DNA from: Dehalococcoidia bacterium | Lineage (GTDB): Bacteria > Chloroflexota > Dehalococcoidia > Plut-88900 | Direction: 5' to 3' | DNA length: 64,000 bases | Assembly: GCA_965249275.1 (NCBI GenBank) | Contig: CBDFLQ010000007.1 | Location: 768,001 to 832,000, forward strand | Shown here: positions 1-9,946 of the stretch, piece after piece | Layout: every line of letters begins with the position of its first letter | Numbering within the stretch: the first letter of the stretch is position 1 | Notes under the pieces: generated by a model | The model's database searches: none | What the model saw: the letters and a program-made list of their open reading frames with translations, nothing else | Told to the model about the DNA's origin: nothing | Made by a program: the position numbers and the translations under genes

Positions 1-667
1 AGGCCTTGGCATTAAACACGCCCCTCGTCTCTTGAGTCAAGGGCAAGCAGATTACCACGATGTCCGACACCTCAAGCAGGTCGTAGAACCGGTCAAGGGG
101 CCAGACATCCTCCACGAAGGATGGCTTATTCACATTTTCCGAGTCCAGTGCCAAGGTTCGCATCCCGAACCCCTGGGCCCGACGCGCCACCTCGACGCCC
201 GTGCCTCCAAGCCCAAACACGCCAAGGGTCATGCCCGCCAGTTCCCATGACCGGGCTCGGATTGGCATTCGGACACTCCATGTCTTCTCCCTGAGAGCAG
301 TGTGTATGCCCCGGGTAAGAGCCAGGATCAGGGCCCAGGCGTGGTCGGCCAGGTGGGTTCCGACGGTCCCCTTGGCGCTGGTAAGGATGATACCGCTCTC
401 CACGAAATCGTCGAAGAGCACACCGTCGATGCCCGAGCCTATGGACTGGACCCAGCGAAGGTTCTGTGCCTCGGCGAACATGGCCGGGGAGAAGTCTCCG
501 AAGACGACCTCCGTGTCACGTATCTCGGACTGAGTTTCCTCGGCCGTCTGGGGGACCACTATGTCGACATCTTCCGAAACGGCCTGGATTTTGCTCAAGT
601 ATTCTTGGGTGAAGCCTTCTGAAACGACGACATTCTCTTCCAGGCGCACGTTGATCATCAATTTCAT
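1..667 (-). CDS. D-2-hydroxyacid dehydrogenase, NAD(P)-dependent (3' end truncated by window edge)
   Basis: Translated manually (absent from ORF track): MKLMINVRLE...LRWVQSIGSGID...ELAGMTLGVFGLGGTGVEVARRAQGFGM...SDIVVICLPLTQETRG; Rossmann GxGxxG and the family PLT motif. Confidence 0.9.
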   Translation of the reverse strand, partial: MKLMINVRLEENVVVSEGFTQEYLSKIQAVSEDVDIVVPQTAEETQSEIRDTEVVFGDFSPAMFAEAQNLRWVQSIGSGIDGVLFDDFVESGIILTSAKGTVGTHLADHAWALILALTRGIHTALREKTWSVRMPIRARSWELAGMTLGVFGLGGTGVEVARRAQGFGMRTLALDSENVNKPSFVEDVWPLDRFYDLLEVSDIVVICLPLTQETRGVFNAKA

Positions 668-700
668 TTTCGTTCCTCTGTAGGCGAGTCGGGAGAAGGG

Positions 701-1906
701 TTAGGCGCCAAGGGCCCCGGCCTCTTCAAATACGGTCGCTAAGCGGGAGATGCCCTCCCGAATCGTCTCTTCATCCTGGTGGCCGAAAGCAAGTCTCAGG
801 AAATTCCTACCCTTCCCCGACGGCGAAAATATGGGGCCCGCTCCAAACCTGATTCCCTGCTCTTTCGCCTTCTCCAATACCGGCATGACGTCGGTCCGTT
901 CCGGGAAGCGGAGCCAGATGAACATGCCGCCCGGGGGATGAGAGCATTCCACGGCGGGCCCGAAACTTTCGCCGATGGCCGCAAGCATCACGTCTCGCCG
1001 CGACTTGTACAGCTGCGACACTTCATTTACGTGCTTGTCCCGGTGCTCTTCCAGGTAGTGGAGTGCAGCCAGGATAGAGAACTGGCTCGGGGTTGCACCT
1101 TGCTGGAGAGTGCCCACCCTTTCGGTGATCTCCGGCGGCGCTACTATCCAACCCAACCGCATCCCCGGCCCGATTATCTTGGACGAAGACCCGCAGTACA
1201 TCACCGACCCCGTATCGTCCATCGAGTGGATGGCTGGCTTGTTTTCGCCCTCGAACCGCAAGTCCGCGTAACAGTCGTCCTCGAATATGGGGACGCCGTG
1301 TCTCCGTCCAACGTCCAGGATTTGCGCCCGGCGCTCGGCGCCCATGTCCTGGCCTGTCGGGTTCTGGAAGGTAGGAACGGTGTAAATGTACTTGACCCGT
1401 TCACCGGCAGCCTTCAGCTCCACTATCTTCTCTTCCAGCAGATGGGGGTGCATTCCCTCGTCATCTCCACTCACTTCCACAATGTTGGCCTGGAACCGGC
1501 GCATCACCCGGATAGTGCCGTTGTATATGAACTCGTCGGTCAGTACCGTGTCGCCGGGATCGAGGAACAGTTCATTGAGCAGAACCAAGGCCTGCATGGA
1601 ACCCGCAGTCAGAGTGACGTCCTCCGCCTCGACCTTCATCCCCCTGTTCCGCGACAGGTTCTCTGCGACCAACCGACGCATGCCCGGATGCCCCTGTGGA
1701 TGAGGGTAGATGGCCAAGTCTTTCGCCTCCTCATCTAACCCCTTCTGCAAAGCCCGTACTAGATCTTTCGACGGGAACGTCTCTCCATCAGCGAAGGCTA
1801 TGGCGAAGTCATACTTGAAGCGCAGCGCCAGCGGGTTAACGGCATCGGGCTTGGGGGGAGTTGTTGAGGCGAATAGGGATTCGTAGTCGGGATGAGAGGC
1901 GGTCAT
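701..1906 (-). CDS. PLP-dependent aminotransferase class I/II (LysN/MocR-like, no HTH)
   Basis: YTVPTFQNPTG, FEDDCY, GSSSKIIGPGMRLGW (PLP Lys), PPGGMFIW. Confidence 0.92.
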   Translation of the reverse strand: MTASHPDYESLFASTTPPKPDAVNPLALRFKYDFAIAFADGETFPSKDLVRALQKGLDEEAKDLAIYPHPQGHPGMRRLVAENLSRNRGMKVEAEDVTLTAGSMQALVLLNELFLDPGDTVLTDEFIYNGTIRVMRRFQANIVEVSGDDEGMHPHLLEEKIVELKAAGERVKYIYTVPTFQNPTGQDMGAERRAQILDVGRRHGVPIFEDDCYADLRFEGENKPAIHSMDDTGSVMYCGSSSKIIGPGMRLGWIVAPPEITERVGTLQQGATPSQFSILAALHYLEEHRDKHVNEVSQLYKSRRDVMLAAIGESFGPAVECSHPPGGMFIWLRFPERTDVMPVLEKAKEQGIRFGAGPIFSPSGKGRNFLRLAFGHQDEETIREGISRLATVFEEAGALGA

Positions 1907-2057
1907 GTCACACTCCTATACAGACGGGTGCGGATTACATCCTCCCGCCATCTGAAGGCCGGGCCTCGGTTATACTACCATCATTGCCGTTTATCCTCCT
2001 CCCTTCATTTGACAATAAAGACGGCTGACCCTAGACTTTTCATCAAAGGAAATCAAA

Positions 2058-2150
2058 ACAAGGGGAGCTTGGAGAGCCAGGCTGAGAGGGCGGCCCAATA
2101 GATGCCGCCGACCCCTATGACCTGAACTGGGTAATGCCAGCGGAGGGACG
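2058..2150 (+). ncRNA. TPP riboswitch aptamer
   Basis: GGGGAGC...GCTGAGA...GACCC...GACCTGAACTGGGTAATGCCAGCGGAGGGA matches the THI-box consensus; directly upstream of thiG. Confidence 0.95.
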
Positions 2151-2162
2151 GGTATCGGACGC

Positions 2163-2194
2163 AAATGCCGCCTCCAGTAGGCGGCATTTTTGTT
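2163..2194 (+). terminator. Intrinsic terminator, expression platform of the TPP riboswitch
   Basis: AAATGCCGCC-TCCAGTA-GGCGGCATTT followed by TTGTT. Confidence 0.85.
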
Positions 2195-2233
2195 ATAGGG
2201 CCGACTTTCGGCCCATCAGGGGAGGGTGCAGAA

Positions 2234-3013
2234 TTGAAAAGGGACGACACCCTGACAATCGGGGAGCGGACTTTCAAGTCCAGGCTCATCCTGGGCACGG
2301 GGAAGTACCGCAATTATGAGGAGATGAACGCTTCCTTCGAAGCCTCGGGGGCGGAGATGATTACGGTTGCCCTTCGCAGGCTCGACCTGGACGACCCGTC
2401 ACAGAAGACGCTCCTGGACTACATCGACTGGAACAAGTACGTAATATTGCCCAACACCGCCGGGGCCCGGACCGCCGAGGAGGCTATCAGGACTGCTCGC
2501 CTGGCCAGGGCCATGGGCCTCTCCGACCTGGTAAAGCTGGAAGTTATCCCCGACTCCAAATATCTCCTGCCCGACCCAATCGGCACACTTGAAGCCGCCC
2601 GCGTCCTCGTCGATGAAGGTTTTGTGGTCCTGCCGTATATCAACGCCGATCCGGTACTCGCCATGCGTCTTCAGGAATTGGGCACGGCTACGGTGATGCC
2701 GTTGGCCTCACCTATAGGCTCGGGGCAAGGGATGGTCACCTTCGACCAGATAAAGATCATCATCGAGCAGGCGACGGTGCCTGTTGTCGTAGATGCGGGC
2801 ATAGGCGCTCCCTCCGATGCAGCAATTGCAATGGAAATGGGAGCTGATGCGTGCCTTGTGAACACCGCCGTGGCCCAGGCTGGAAACCCGGCCTTGATGG
2901 CCGAGGCGATGGCCCAGGCCGTCCAGGCAGGCCGAAGCGCTTTCCTGGCCGGACGCATGCCCAAGAAAGAATATGCCTCGGCCAGCAGTCCCCTGGAAGG
3001 GGTTATACGCTAA
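2234..3013 (+). CDS. thiG: Thiazole synthase
   Basis: [43 protein letters not shown]; TTG start after GGAGG (track start 2165 lies inside the terminator). Confidence 0.96.
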   Translation: MKRDDTLTIGERTFKSRLILGTGKYRNYEEMNASFEASGAEMITVALRRLDLDDPSQKTLLDYIDWNKYVILPNTAGARTAEEAIRTARLARAMGLSDLVKLEVIPDSKYLLPDPIGTLEAARVLVDEGFVVLPYINADPVLAMRLQELGTATVMPLASPIGSGQGMVTFDQIKIIIEQATVPVVVDAGIGAPSDAAIAMEMGADACLVNTAVAQAGNPALMAEAMAQAVQAGRSAFLAGRMPKKEYASASSPLEGVIR

Positions 3014-3100
3014 GGCCATTCCCTGCCGAAGGTGCTATCATGGCGCCGACTTTGTTTTAGCGGGTCTCGCCGCCCGAATAGTCCCTACAGGGAGGTCTCC

Positions 3101-4252
3101 GTGGCCAATTCATCCGACGTGCTGATAGCCGGTGGTGGAATAATCGGCTGCTCCATCGCCTATCATCTCGCTCAGCTGGGCATCAAAAGCACAATTATCG
3201 AACGGGAGTCCATAGGGAGCCAGGCCTCGGGGGCCGCAACCGGCCTGCTGGTTGCCCTGAAAGAGGCCGGAGCCCCGGAACCTTTCACCCGTCTCATCGA
3301 GGAGAGCTGCAAGCGCCATAAGGAGATCATCCCCGAGGTAGAAGAGCTTTCCAAGATCGACGCACAGTACGGGGACTTCGCCTGGATGGAAATCGCCTGC
3401 TCGGACAGCGAAGAGTCGGACCTCAAGGAAGCTTTCTCCGAGGTGCTTAACAGTCCCGCAGCGTCCTGGCTCTCGGAGTCGGACTTGAGAGAGCTTGAGT
3501 CCCGCGTAACCCAGGATGCCATCGGCGGCATATACATCGACGGGCAGGCACAGGTGGACGCCTACCGGCTGACCTTCGCCTTCGCCCAGGCCGCCGAGGC
3601 ACTCGGCGTCACTATCCGCTACGGCGAGGTTACGGGGCTCAGGACCGAGGCAGGACGAGTCAAAGGGCTGGACACCTCTCTCGGGCCCATAGACTCGGAC
3701 ACCGTAGTCCTGGCCATCGGCTCCTGGAGCAAGCGCATCGAGGAATGGATCGGCATGGACGTCCCCGTGGAGCCCCTGAAGGGGCAGACCATTCATGTCG
3801 AGATACCGGGCGCCCCACTCCCCTGCATGATCCACCACGTTGACCGGTACGTAGCCCCGAAGCTCGGCGGCACGGTTATCACCGGAACCTACGACGGCTT
3901 TATGGGTTTCGACACCACCATCCACGAGCAGGGCATCGTCAAGATCTCCGAGGGCGTCCTGAGCCTGTGCCCCGGCATCCTGGAGAGCAAGGTGGTAAGC
4001 CACGTGACCGGCCTGCGGCCCGCCTCCGCAGATTGGCTCCCGATCCTCGGGGCCGTGCCCTCCATAGAGGGCGCATACATAGCCACGGGGCACCAGCGTC
4101 TCGGCATCACCCTCAGCGCAATCACCGGCGAGGTAATGTCCCAGCTCATTAACGACGGCAAGCCCCGGCTCGATCTTCATCCCTTCCGGCTGGACAGGTT
4201 CGAAGGCGTCACAATGGAAATGGCCAGGGACCGCTTCGGGGCCGTCCACTGA
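3101..4252 (+). CDS. thiO: Glycine oxidase ThiO-like FAD oxidoreductase, copy 1
   Basis: GGGIIG FAD motif, QASGAATG, PLKGQ, GLRP, GHQRLGITLS; GTG start after GGAGG; thi operon context. Confidence 0.8.
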   Translation: MANSSDVLIAGGGIIGCSIAYHLAQLGIKSTIIERESIGSQASGAATGLLVALKEAGAPEPFTRLIEESCKRHKEIIPEVEELSKIDAQYGDFAWMEIACSDSEESDLKEAFSEVLNSPAASWLSESDLRELESRVTQDAIGGIYIDGQAQVDAYRLTFAFAQAAEALGVTIRYGEVTGLRTEAGRVKGLDTSLGPIDSDTVVLAIGSWSKRIEEWIGMDVPVEPLKGQTIHVEIPGAPLPCMIHHVDRYVAPKLGGTVITGTYDGFMGFDTTIHEQGIVKISEGVLSLCPGILESKVVSHVTGLRPASADWLPILGAVPSIEGAYIATGHQRLGITLSAITGEVMSQLINDGKPRLDLHPFRLDRFEGVTMEMARDRFGAVH

Positions 4253-4263
4253 TAGCCGGACCT

Positions 4264-4485
4264 ATGGCAACTCTCCTTGTAAACGGAAAACGCCGAGAAG
4301 TGGAGACGCCTGTCGACCTCTTGGGTTATCTGGCGTCACACAAGATTGAGCCGCGCATGATAGTCATCGAATACAACGGTGAAATCATCAAGCGGGACCG
4401 CTGGGAGGGGATTACCCTTCAGGATGGTGACAAGCTGGAAATAGTGCACATGGTGGCCGGGGGCGCCGGCCCGAGGTCCCAATGA
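4264..4485 (+). CDS. thiS: Sulfur carrier protein ThiS with C-terminal extension after GG
   Basis: LLVNGK...IEYNGEII...LQDGDKLEIVHMVAGG-AGPRSQ. Confidence 0.92.
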   Translation: MATLLVNGKRREVETPVDLLGYLASHKIEPRMIVIEYNGEIIKRDRWEGITLQDGDKLEIVHMVAGGAGPRSQ

Positions 4486-5615
4486 CCAACTCAACAGATG
4501 TAGCCATAATCGGCGGGGGGATTATGGGCGGTTCCATCGCCTACCATCTCGCAAAGCTGGGCGTAAAGTCCACCATATTTGAACGGGAGTCCATAGGGTG
4601 TGAGGCGTCCGGTGTAGCCACGGGCATGATCTCGGCCATGTCCATCGACTCCCCGGGCCCCTACCTTGACCTCGCCCGCGCCTCCTTCGAGAAGTACAAG
4701 ACCCTGATACCCGAGATGGAAGAGGCTTCGGGCGTCCACACTTATTACGGCGAGATCTCCTGGCTGGACCTGGCCTTCACCGAGGAAGACGAGGCAGTGA
4801 ACCGCGCCAACATGGAGTGGAGGCGCAGTCTCATGCCGAAGGTATCGTGGGTGACGGACGACGACCTTTACCGAATCGACCCCCGCATAACACGCGAAGC
4901 CAGGAGTGGGCTCTACCTTGAGGAACTGAACCAGGCCGACGCCTACAGGCTCACACTAGCCTACATCGGCGCTGCCGAATCTCTCGGCGTGGAGGTCCGC
5001 TACACCGACGTTAAGGGGTTGGAGAAGAATGGGGCTCGGGTGACGGGAATCATCACCGACGAGGAGGTTGTGGCCTGTGGGGCGGTAGTGCTGGCGATGG
5101 GCGCATGGACCTCCGAGGCCTCCGAGTGGATCGAGACCCCGGTACCCATCAGGCCTTTCAAGGGCCAGATGGTCGAGCTTCGGGCGCCGGGTCCACCGCT
5201 CGGGGCGAACATACACCACGGCCGCTCTTACGTCACATCCAAGCTCAATGGAACGATTCTGTCTGGCAGCTATGACGGTTTTCGGGGTTACGATAAGTCG
5301 GTGTCTCAAGAAGGGGTGGAACACGTCCTGGAAGGAGCGCTCAAGGTATGTCCGGCCATGGAGGAGGCATCAATCTCCTGGGTGATAACGGGGCTCAGAC
5401 CCGCAACCCCGGACGAAATCCCGATACTGGGCCCGGTCCCCGGTCTTGATGGCGCTTTCATTTCGGCGGGGCACATGCGAAAAGGTATAACCCTGGCGGC
5501 CATGAGCGGTGAAATGATCGCCGACTCAGTAGTCGGGAACGAACCCCGCCTCCCGATAGAGCCGTTCAGCCTGTCCCGCTTCGCTGATTGCCCCGACCCC
5601 TGGGCTAACTCCTAG
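4482..5615 (+). CDS. thiO: Glycine oxidase ThiO-like FAD oxidoreductase, copy 2
   Basis: Paralog of 3101-4252: GGGIMG, PFKGQ, GLRPATPD, GHMRKGITLA; ATGA overlap with thiS. Confidence 0.78.
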   Translation: MTNSTDVAIIGGGIMGGSIAYHLAKLGVKSTIFERESIGCEASGVATGMISAMSIDSPGPYLDLARASFEKYKTLIPEMEEASGVHTYYGEISWLDLAFTEEDEAVNRANMEWRRSLMPKVSWVTDDDLYRIDPRITREARSGLYLEELNQADAYRLTLAYIGAAESLGVEVRYTDVKGLEKNGARVTGIITDEEVVACGAVVLAMGAWTSEASEWIETPVPIRPFKGQMVELRAPGPPLGANIHHGRSYVTSKLNGTILSGSYDGFRGYDKSVSQEGVEHVLEGALKVCPAMEEASISWVITGLRPATPDEIPILGPVPGLDGAFISAGHMRKGITLAAMSGEMIADSVVGNEPRLPIEPFSLSRFADCPDPWANS

Positions 5616-5667
5616 CCCTTCCCAGTCCTGTACAATAGCTCCGAAACCCTTTGGGAGGCGTCCAATC

Positions 5668-6597
5668 ATGCTTGCTGGCAAAAAAACCAAGGTGGGCATC
5701 GCCGTGCCCCAGATGTTCCCATACGGGCCCGTGGACATGGGCTTCGTCGAGGAGCATCTCAGGCTCGTCGAGTCCCTCGGCTACGATAGCGTATGGACCC
5801 AGGACTCGGTTCTCGGGACTATGGACACCCTGGACCCGTTCACACTGCTGGCCTACGCCTCTACAGTCACCGAGAGGGTTGGCCTCGGTATTTCGGTGCT
5901 GGTGCTGCCATTCCAGAATCCCGTCCACCTGGCCAAGATATCGGCCAGCCTGGACCAGTTGTCGGGCGGACGTCTTATGCTGGGAGTTGGAATAGGCAAT
6001 CACGAAAAGAGATACCCTGCCTTCGGGTTCGATGACAAGCATCGCGTCACCCGGTTCGAGCACACCGTGGAGCTGATCAAACGGCTCTGGACCGAGCCTC
6101 AGGTCACCTTCAAAGACCGCTTCTGGGACTTGAAAAACGTGAGTATCAACCCCAAGCCTCTCCAGTCCCCCCGACCCCCCATCTGGTTCGGCGCCCACGC
6201 TGAGCCCGCTCTGGAACGTGCCGTGAGGATCGGCGACGGTTGGATGGGGGCAGGGTCGTCGACCACCAACAGCTTCAAGAGGTCAATAGCACACGTACGA
6301 AACTACATGGATGAGGTGGGTCGGGACCCGGGGACCTTTCCAGTGGGCAAACGTGTGTACATAGCCATCGACAACGACAAAGAGAGGGCTGCAGGAAGGC
6401 TGGAGGAATGGTTCGACGGTTACTACCACGACGCTGCGAGGGCCCGTAAGGTCTCGGTGTTCGGGTCCGAGGAGGAAGTCATCGACGGCCTGGGCCGGGT
6501 CATGGAAGAAGACCCGGACATTATCATGTTCAACCCCGTCTTCGACCTGATAGAGCACGCCGAGAGGCTGGCCAAGAACATCATCCCCAAGCTCTAA
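5668..6597 (+). CDS. LLM-class (luciferase-like) flavin/F420-dependent oxidoreductase
   Basis: GYDSVWTQD, LAKISASLDQLSGGRLMLGVGIG, PKPLQSPRPPIWFG. Confidence 0.92.
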   Translation: MLAGKKTKVGIAVPQMFPYGPVDMGFVEEHLRLVESLGYDSVWTQDSVLGTMDTLDPFTLLAYASTVTERVGLGISVLVLPFQNPVHLAKISASLDQLSGGRLMLGVGIGNHEKRYPAFGFDDKHRVTRFEHTVELIKRLWTEPQVTFKDRFWDLKNVSINPKPLQSPRPPIWFGAHAEPALERAVRIGDGWMGAGSSTTNSFKRSIAHVRNYMDEVGRDPGTFPVGKRVYIAIDNDKERAAGRLEEWFDGYYHDAARARKVSVFGSEEEVIDGLGRVMEEDPDIIMFNPVFDLIEHAERLAKNIIPKL

Positions 6598-6602
6598 CAG
6601 CC

Positions 6603-7640
6603 ATGCACATCATCGACTTCCGGAGCGACACCGTAACCCACCCCACCCCCGAGATGTATGACGCCATGCTCAACGCGGAGCTCGGAGATGACGAGTACGG
6701 CGACGACCCGACAGTCAACCGCCTGGAAGCCCTCGCCGCCGAGAAGCTCGGCAAGGAAGCTGCTCTTTTCACCGTCTCGGGCACCATGAGCAATCTCGTG
6801 GCCATCCTCACACATTGCAATAGGGGCGACGAGCTTATCGTTGGCGACCAGTCGCACCTCTTCCTGGAGGAGGGGGGCGGCGCTTCGGGCATCGGAAACG
6901 TCCACATCCAGACGCTCCCCAATGGAGAACGGGGTACCCTCGACCCTGACGAGGTGGAACAAGCCATCCGCCCCGACGATCCCCATGACCCGCCAACCGG
7001 CCTGATTGCCCTGGAGAACACTCATACCTACTGCGGCGGGTCCGTACTGACCCAGGACGAGATCGGGGAAGTGGCATCGGTGGCACGGCGGCATGGGCTC
7101 CCGCTCCACATTGACGGTGCGCGCATATTCAACGCATCGGTCTATCTGGAGACTCCCACCTCGGAGCTGGTGAAGGACGCGGACTCGGTGAGCTTCTGCT
7201 TATCGAAGGGACTGAGCTGCCCCATCGGCTCGATGCTCTGCGGCAGCGCCGAGTTCATCAACCAGGCCCGATACTGGCGGGAGACTCTGGGTGGTGGGAT
7301 GAGGCAGGTGGGAGTTATCGCTGCCGCGGGTGTCGTGGCGCTGGAGAGCATGATCGAACGGCTGGCCGAAGACCATTCCAACGCCCGACGCCTGGCTCGG
7401 GGCCTGAGCCAAATCCCCGGCATTGACATCGACCCGAAGAAATATCCCACCAACCAGGTCTACTTCAAGGTGGTGGATGGGCCTCCGCCCGACATTGCGG
7501 CACGGCTGGAGAGCCTCGGGATCAAGGGGGGCACGGGCGACAGAACGTGGCGGTTCGTGACCCACCACGGGATTGGGCCCGAAGATATAGACCAGGCCCT
7601 GGACATCGTTGAGTCGGTTTTCCGGGAGTACGCTTCCTAG
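6603..7640 (+). CDS. ltaE: Low-specificity L-threonine aldolase
   Basis: IDFRSDTVT, SGTMSN, LENTH, LHIDGARIFNA, FCLSKGL, LGGGMRQ. Confidence 0.93.
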   Translation: MHIIDFRSDTVTHPTPEMYDAMLNAELGDDEYGDDPTVNRLEALAAEKLGKEAALFTVSGTMSNLVAILTHCNRGDELIVGDQSHLFLEEGGGASGIGNVHIQTLPNGERGTLDPDEVEQAIRPDDPHDPPTGLIALENTHTYCGGSVLTQDEIGEVASVARRHGLPLHIDGARIFNASVYLETPTSELVKDADSVSFCLSKGLSCPIGSMLCGSAEFINQARYWRETLGGGMRQVGVIAAAGVVALESMIERLAEDHSNARRLARGLSQIPGIDIDPKKYPTNQVYFKVVDGPPPDIAARLESLGIKGGTGDRTWRFVTHHGIGPEDIDQALDIVESVFREYAS

Positions 7641-7999
7641 CCCTGCAGCAGGCACAATTCGTTGCCGTCCGGATCTGCGACTACGGTCCAACCCTCTCCC
7701 TCTTCCAAGAAAGACTCCAGCCGACTGCCTCCCAGAGCCTCGACTCGGGCCAAGGCTGCGGGCGTGTCCTTTACAACAATGTCCATGTGTACGCGAGTCT
7801 TGCTGGACTTCTTTTCGGGGACCGTTTGAAGATAAATTATCAGGCCACCGGGTATGGGTTCGAAGTTGAGGTAATGATCGTTCGATACATTGCGTTTAAC
7901 GCCAAGCAGAGCCGAATAAAAAGCCTCCGCGCGGGCCAGATCGGAAACGTCTATACCAACTTGGGTCAACACTCCCAGCGGCGCATTTTGTTCAGTCAT
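7637..7999 (-). CDS. VOC/glyoxalase family protein
   Basis: IDVSDLARAEAFYSALLG...KTRVHMD...ADPDGNELCL. Confidence 0.9.
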   Translation of the reverse strand: MTEQNAPLGVLTQVGIDVSDLARAEAFYSALLGVKRNVSNDHYLNFEPIPGGLIIYLQTVPEKKSSKTRVHMDIVVKDTPAALARVEALGGSRLESFLEEGEGWTVVADPDGNELCLLQG

Positions 8000-8036
8000 T
8001 TATACAACTCCTAATGAATCTGGAATGTCCATAAAC

Positions 8037-8429
8037 TCAGTCTTTCGAGGCTTTGCTATCCAGGTCGAATTTCAACAGGCAGAACTCGTTGCCATCCGGA
8101 TCGGCGAAGACTGCCAGACTGCCCGTCGGTTCCCCGTATTCCTCATTCAGAAGCCTGGCACCCAGGGCCTGGACCCTGGGCACGGCCGCTTTGACGTCGG
8201 GCACCGTCAGGTCGAAGTGGACCCGGGTCTTGGCGGTCTTCTTCTCCGGGACTTGCTGAAGGTAGACGATCATGCCATTGGGAACCGGCGTGAAGGCGAT
8301 GAACTGGTCCCATGCAGCGTATCGCTCAACACCTAGCAAGGCCGAATAGAATGCCTCTGCCCGCTCAAGATCGGAGACATCAATGCCAACATGGGTTAAG
8401 GCAGCTATAGCGCCGGATTGGTCTGTCAT
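8037..8429 (-). CDS. VOC/glyoxalase family protein (tandem paralog)
   Basis: IDVSDLERAEAFYSALLG...KTRVHFD...ADPDGNEFCL. Confidence 0.9.
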   Translation of the reverse strand: MTDQSGAIAALTHVGIDVSDLERAEAFYSALLGVERYAAWDQFIAFTPVPNGMIVYLQQVPEKKTAKTRVHFDLTVPDVKAAVPRVQALGARLLNEEYGEPTGSLAVFADPDGNEFCLLKFDLDSKASKD

Positions 8430-8483
8430 GGTTATTTCCTTACGTGAAGTCTGAGATCGTACACAATCCAGTAGATATTCTAC

Positions 8484-9914
8484 TTAACACACGGGACTAG
8501 CTACTACCCGCCCGTCAATCCTGCGCGGCAATAGGAGGCCTTTTTCCTTCGTCCCGAAAAGCTTGCCATCCTCAACCACAACCTCCCCTCGAAGGATGGT
8601 CATTACCGGCCACCCACGCACCTCCCATCCCACCCAGATGCTGTAGTCAGCGCCATGCAGGTCTGAAAGCTCAAGTGTCTTGTTGTAGTCGGGATCGATA
8701 ATGGCGATGTCCGCATCACTCCCGGGGCTCAGGGCCCCTTTTCTCGGGTAGAGCCCGAGCAGCCTCGCCGCATTCGCCGACGTTATGTCCACGAATCGCT
8801 CCAGGCTCATGCCCCGCTTCACCACCCCTTCGCTGTAGCCGATGCCCATCCGGGACTCGACACCCTCGCTGCCTCCAGTCGTGTCCTCGATAGTCTGGCC
8901 TCGGAGCTTGTGGGTCTTGCTGGTCCAAAGCTCATCAGTGGCAAGAGTGGACAGCTCGCCGTTAATCAGCCCTTCCCACAAGGCCGTCTGGTCCGCCTCG
9001 GTCTTCAGCGAGGGGTAGGTATGGTATAGGGCGCCGTCGGGCCTTTCGTAGTCCTTGTGGTTGAAGGAAGCGTAGTGGTGCAGGGTCTCGCCGTAGACCG
9101 GCAAACTCTTGGCCCGGGCCTCGGCTATTGCCTCCACTCCTTCCTTGGCGCTTACGTGAACGAGGTATAGGGCACAGTCCATCCACTCGGACAACCTGAT
9201 AACCCTCCTGAAAGATATGTCCTCAGACATGTTGTTGTGGACGTGGTGCATGTACTTGCGGTGCACCTGGCCGAGGTGGGCCTGCTTCTTGTACATGAAC
9301 ATCACTATGTCCTCGTCCTCGGCGTGGACAAGCATCATGCCGCCGCCCCGACCCACGTGGCCCATAATCTCCGCGAGGTGTCCGATGTCGGTCATCTGCT
9401 TGGGGCGGTGGGGGGTGGTGTTGGTGGTCCAGACCTTGAAGCTGGGATACCCCGCATCGATCACCTCCCCAATCTGCTCCATCACGCTGAAAGGCAGGTC
9501 TCCCTTGGTCGAGTAAAGAGAGACGTGATATGAGTAATCGACATGACTGTTGCCCTTGAATATGGCCTCTTTCTTCTCCAGGGTCTCGAACAGGTTCTCC
9601 CCGGGCTCCCAGTATGCGAAATCGACCAGCGTGGTAGTGCCGCCGAACAAACAGGCCCGGCTAACGTCCTCGATGCTGCCGGTGCTGACACCTTCGTGAG
9701 CCAAAGTAGGTACGGTCCAGGAGCAGTGAGCGTGGGGCTCGACACCTCCCGGCACCACGATCTTGCTGCGGGCGTCGATGACTCTTTCCACGTCCGCGGT
9801 CAGGGTGTCGGGTTCCGAGACTGCGACTATGTGCCCATCCTTCACCGCAACGTCCCAGAGGCCAATGCCCGTGGGTGTGACAACCCTTCCGCCCCGTAAC
9901 ACCAAATCAAGCAT
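8484..9914 (-). CDS. Dihydropyrimidinase/hydantoinase-family cyclic amidohydrolase
   Basis: PGGVEPHAH, GGTTT, SFK, VHAED, GETLHHY, LATDE, KGALSPGSDADI. Confidence 0.88.
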   Translation of the reverse strand: MLDLVLRGGRVVTPTGIGLWDVAVKDGHIVAVSEPDTLTADVERVIDARSKIVVPGGVEPHAHCSWTVPTLAHEGVSTGSIEDVSRACLFGGTTTLVDFAYWEPGENLFETLEKKEAIFKGNSHVDYSYHVSLYSTKGDLPFSVMEQIGEVIDAGYPSFKVWTTNTTPHRPKQMTDIGHLAEIMGHVGRGGGMMLVHAEDEDIVMFMYKKQAHLGQVHRKYMHHVHNNMSEDISFRRVIRLSEWMDCALYLVHVSAKEGVEAIAEARAKSLPVYGETLHHYASFNHKDYERPDGALYHTYPSLKTEADQTALWEGLINGELSTLATDELWTSKTHKLRGQTIEDTTGGSEGVESRMGIGYSEGVVKRGMSLERFVDITSANAARLLGLYPRKGALSPGSDADIAIIDPDYNKTLELSDLHGADYSIWVGWEVRGWPVMTILRGEVVVEDGKLFGTKEKGLLLPRRIDGRVVASPVC

Positions 9915-9946
9915 GTCGAGCCTCCTCTCCCAAAACGCTGTACAGC

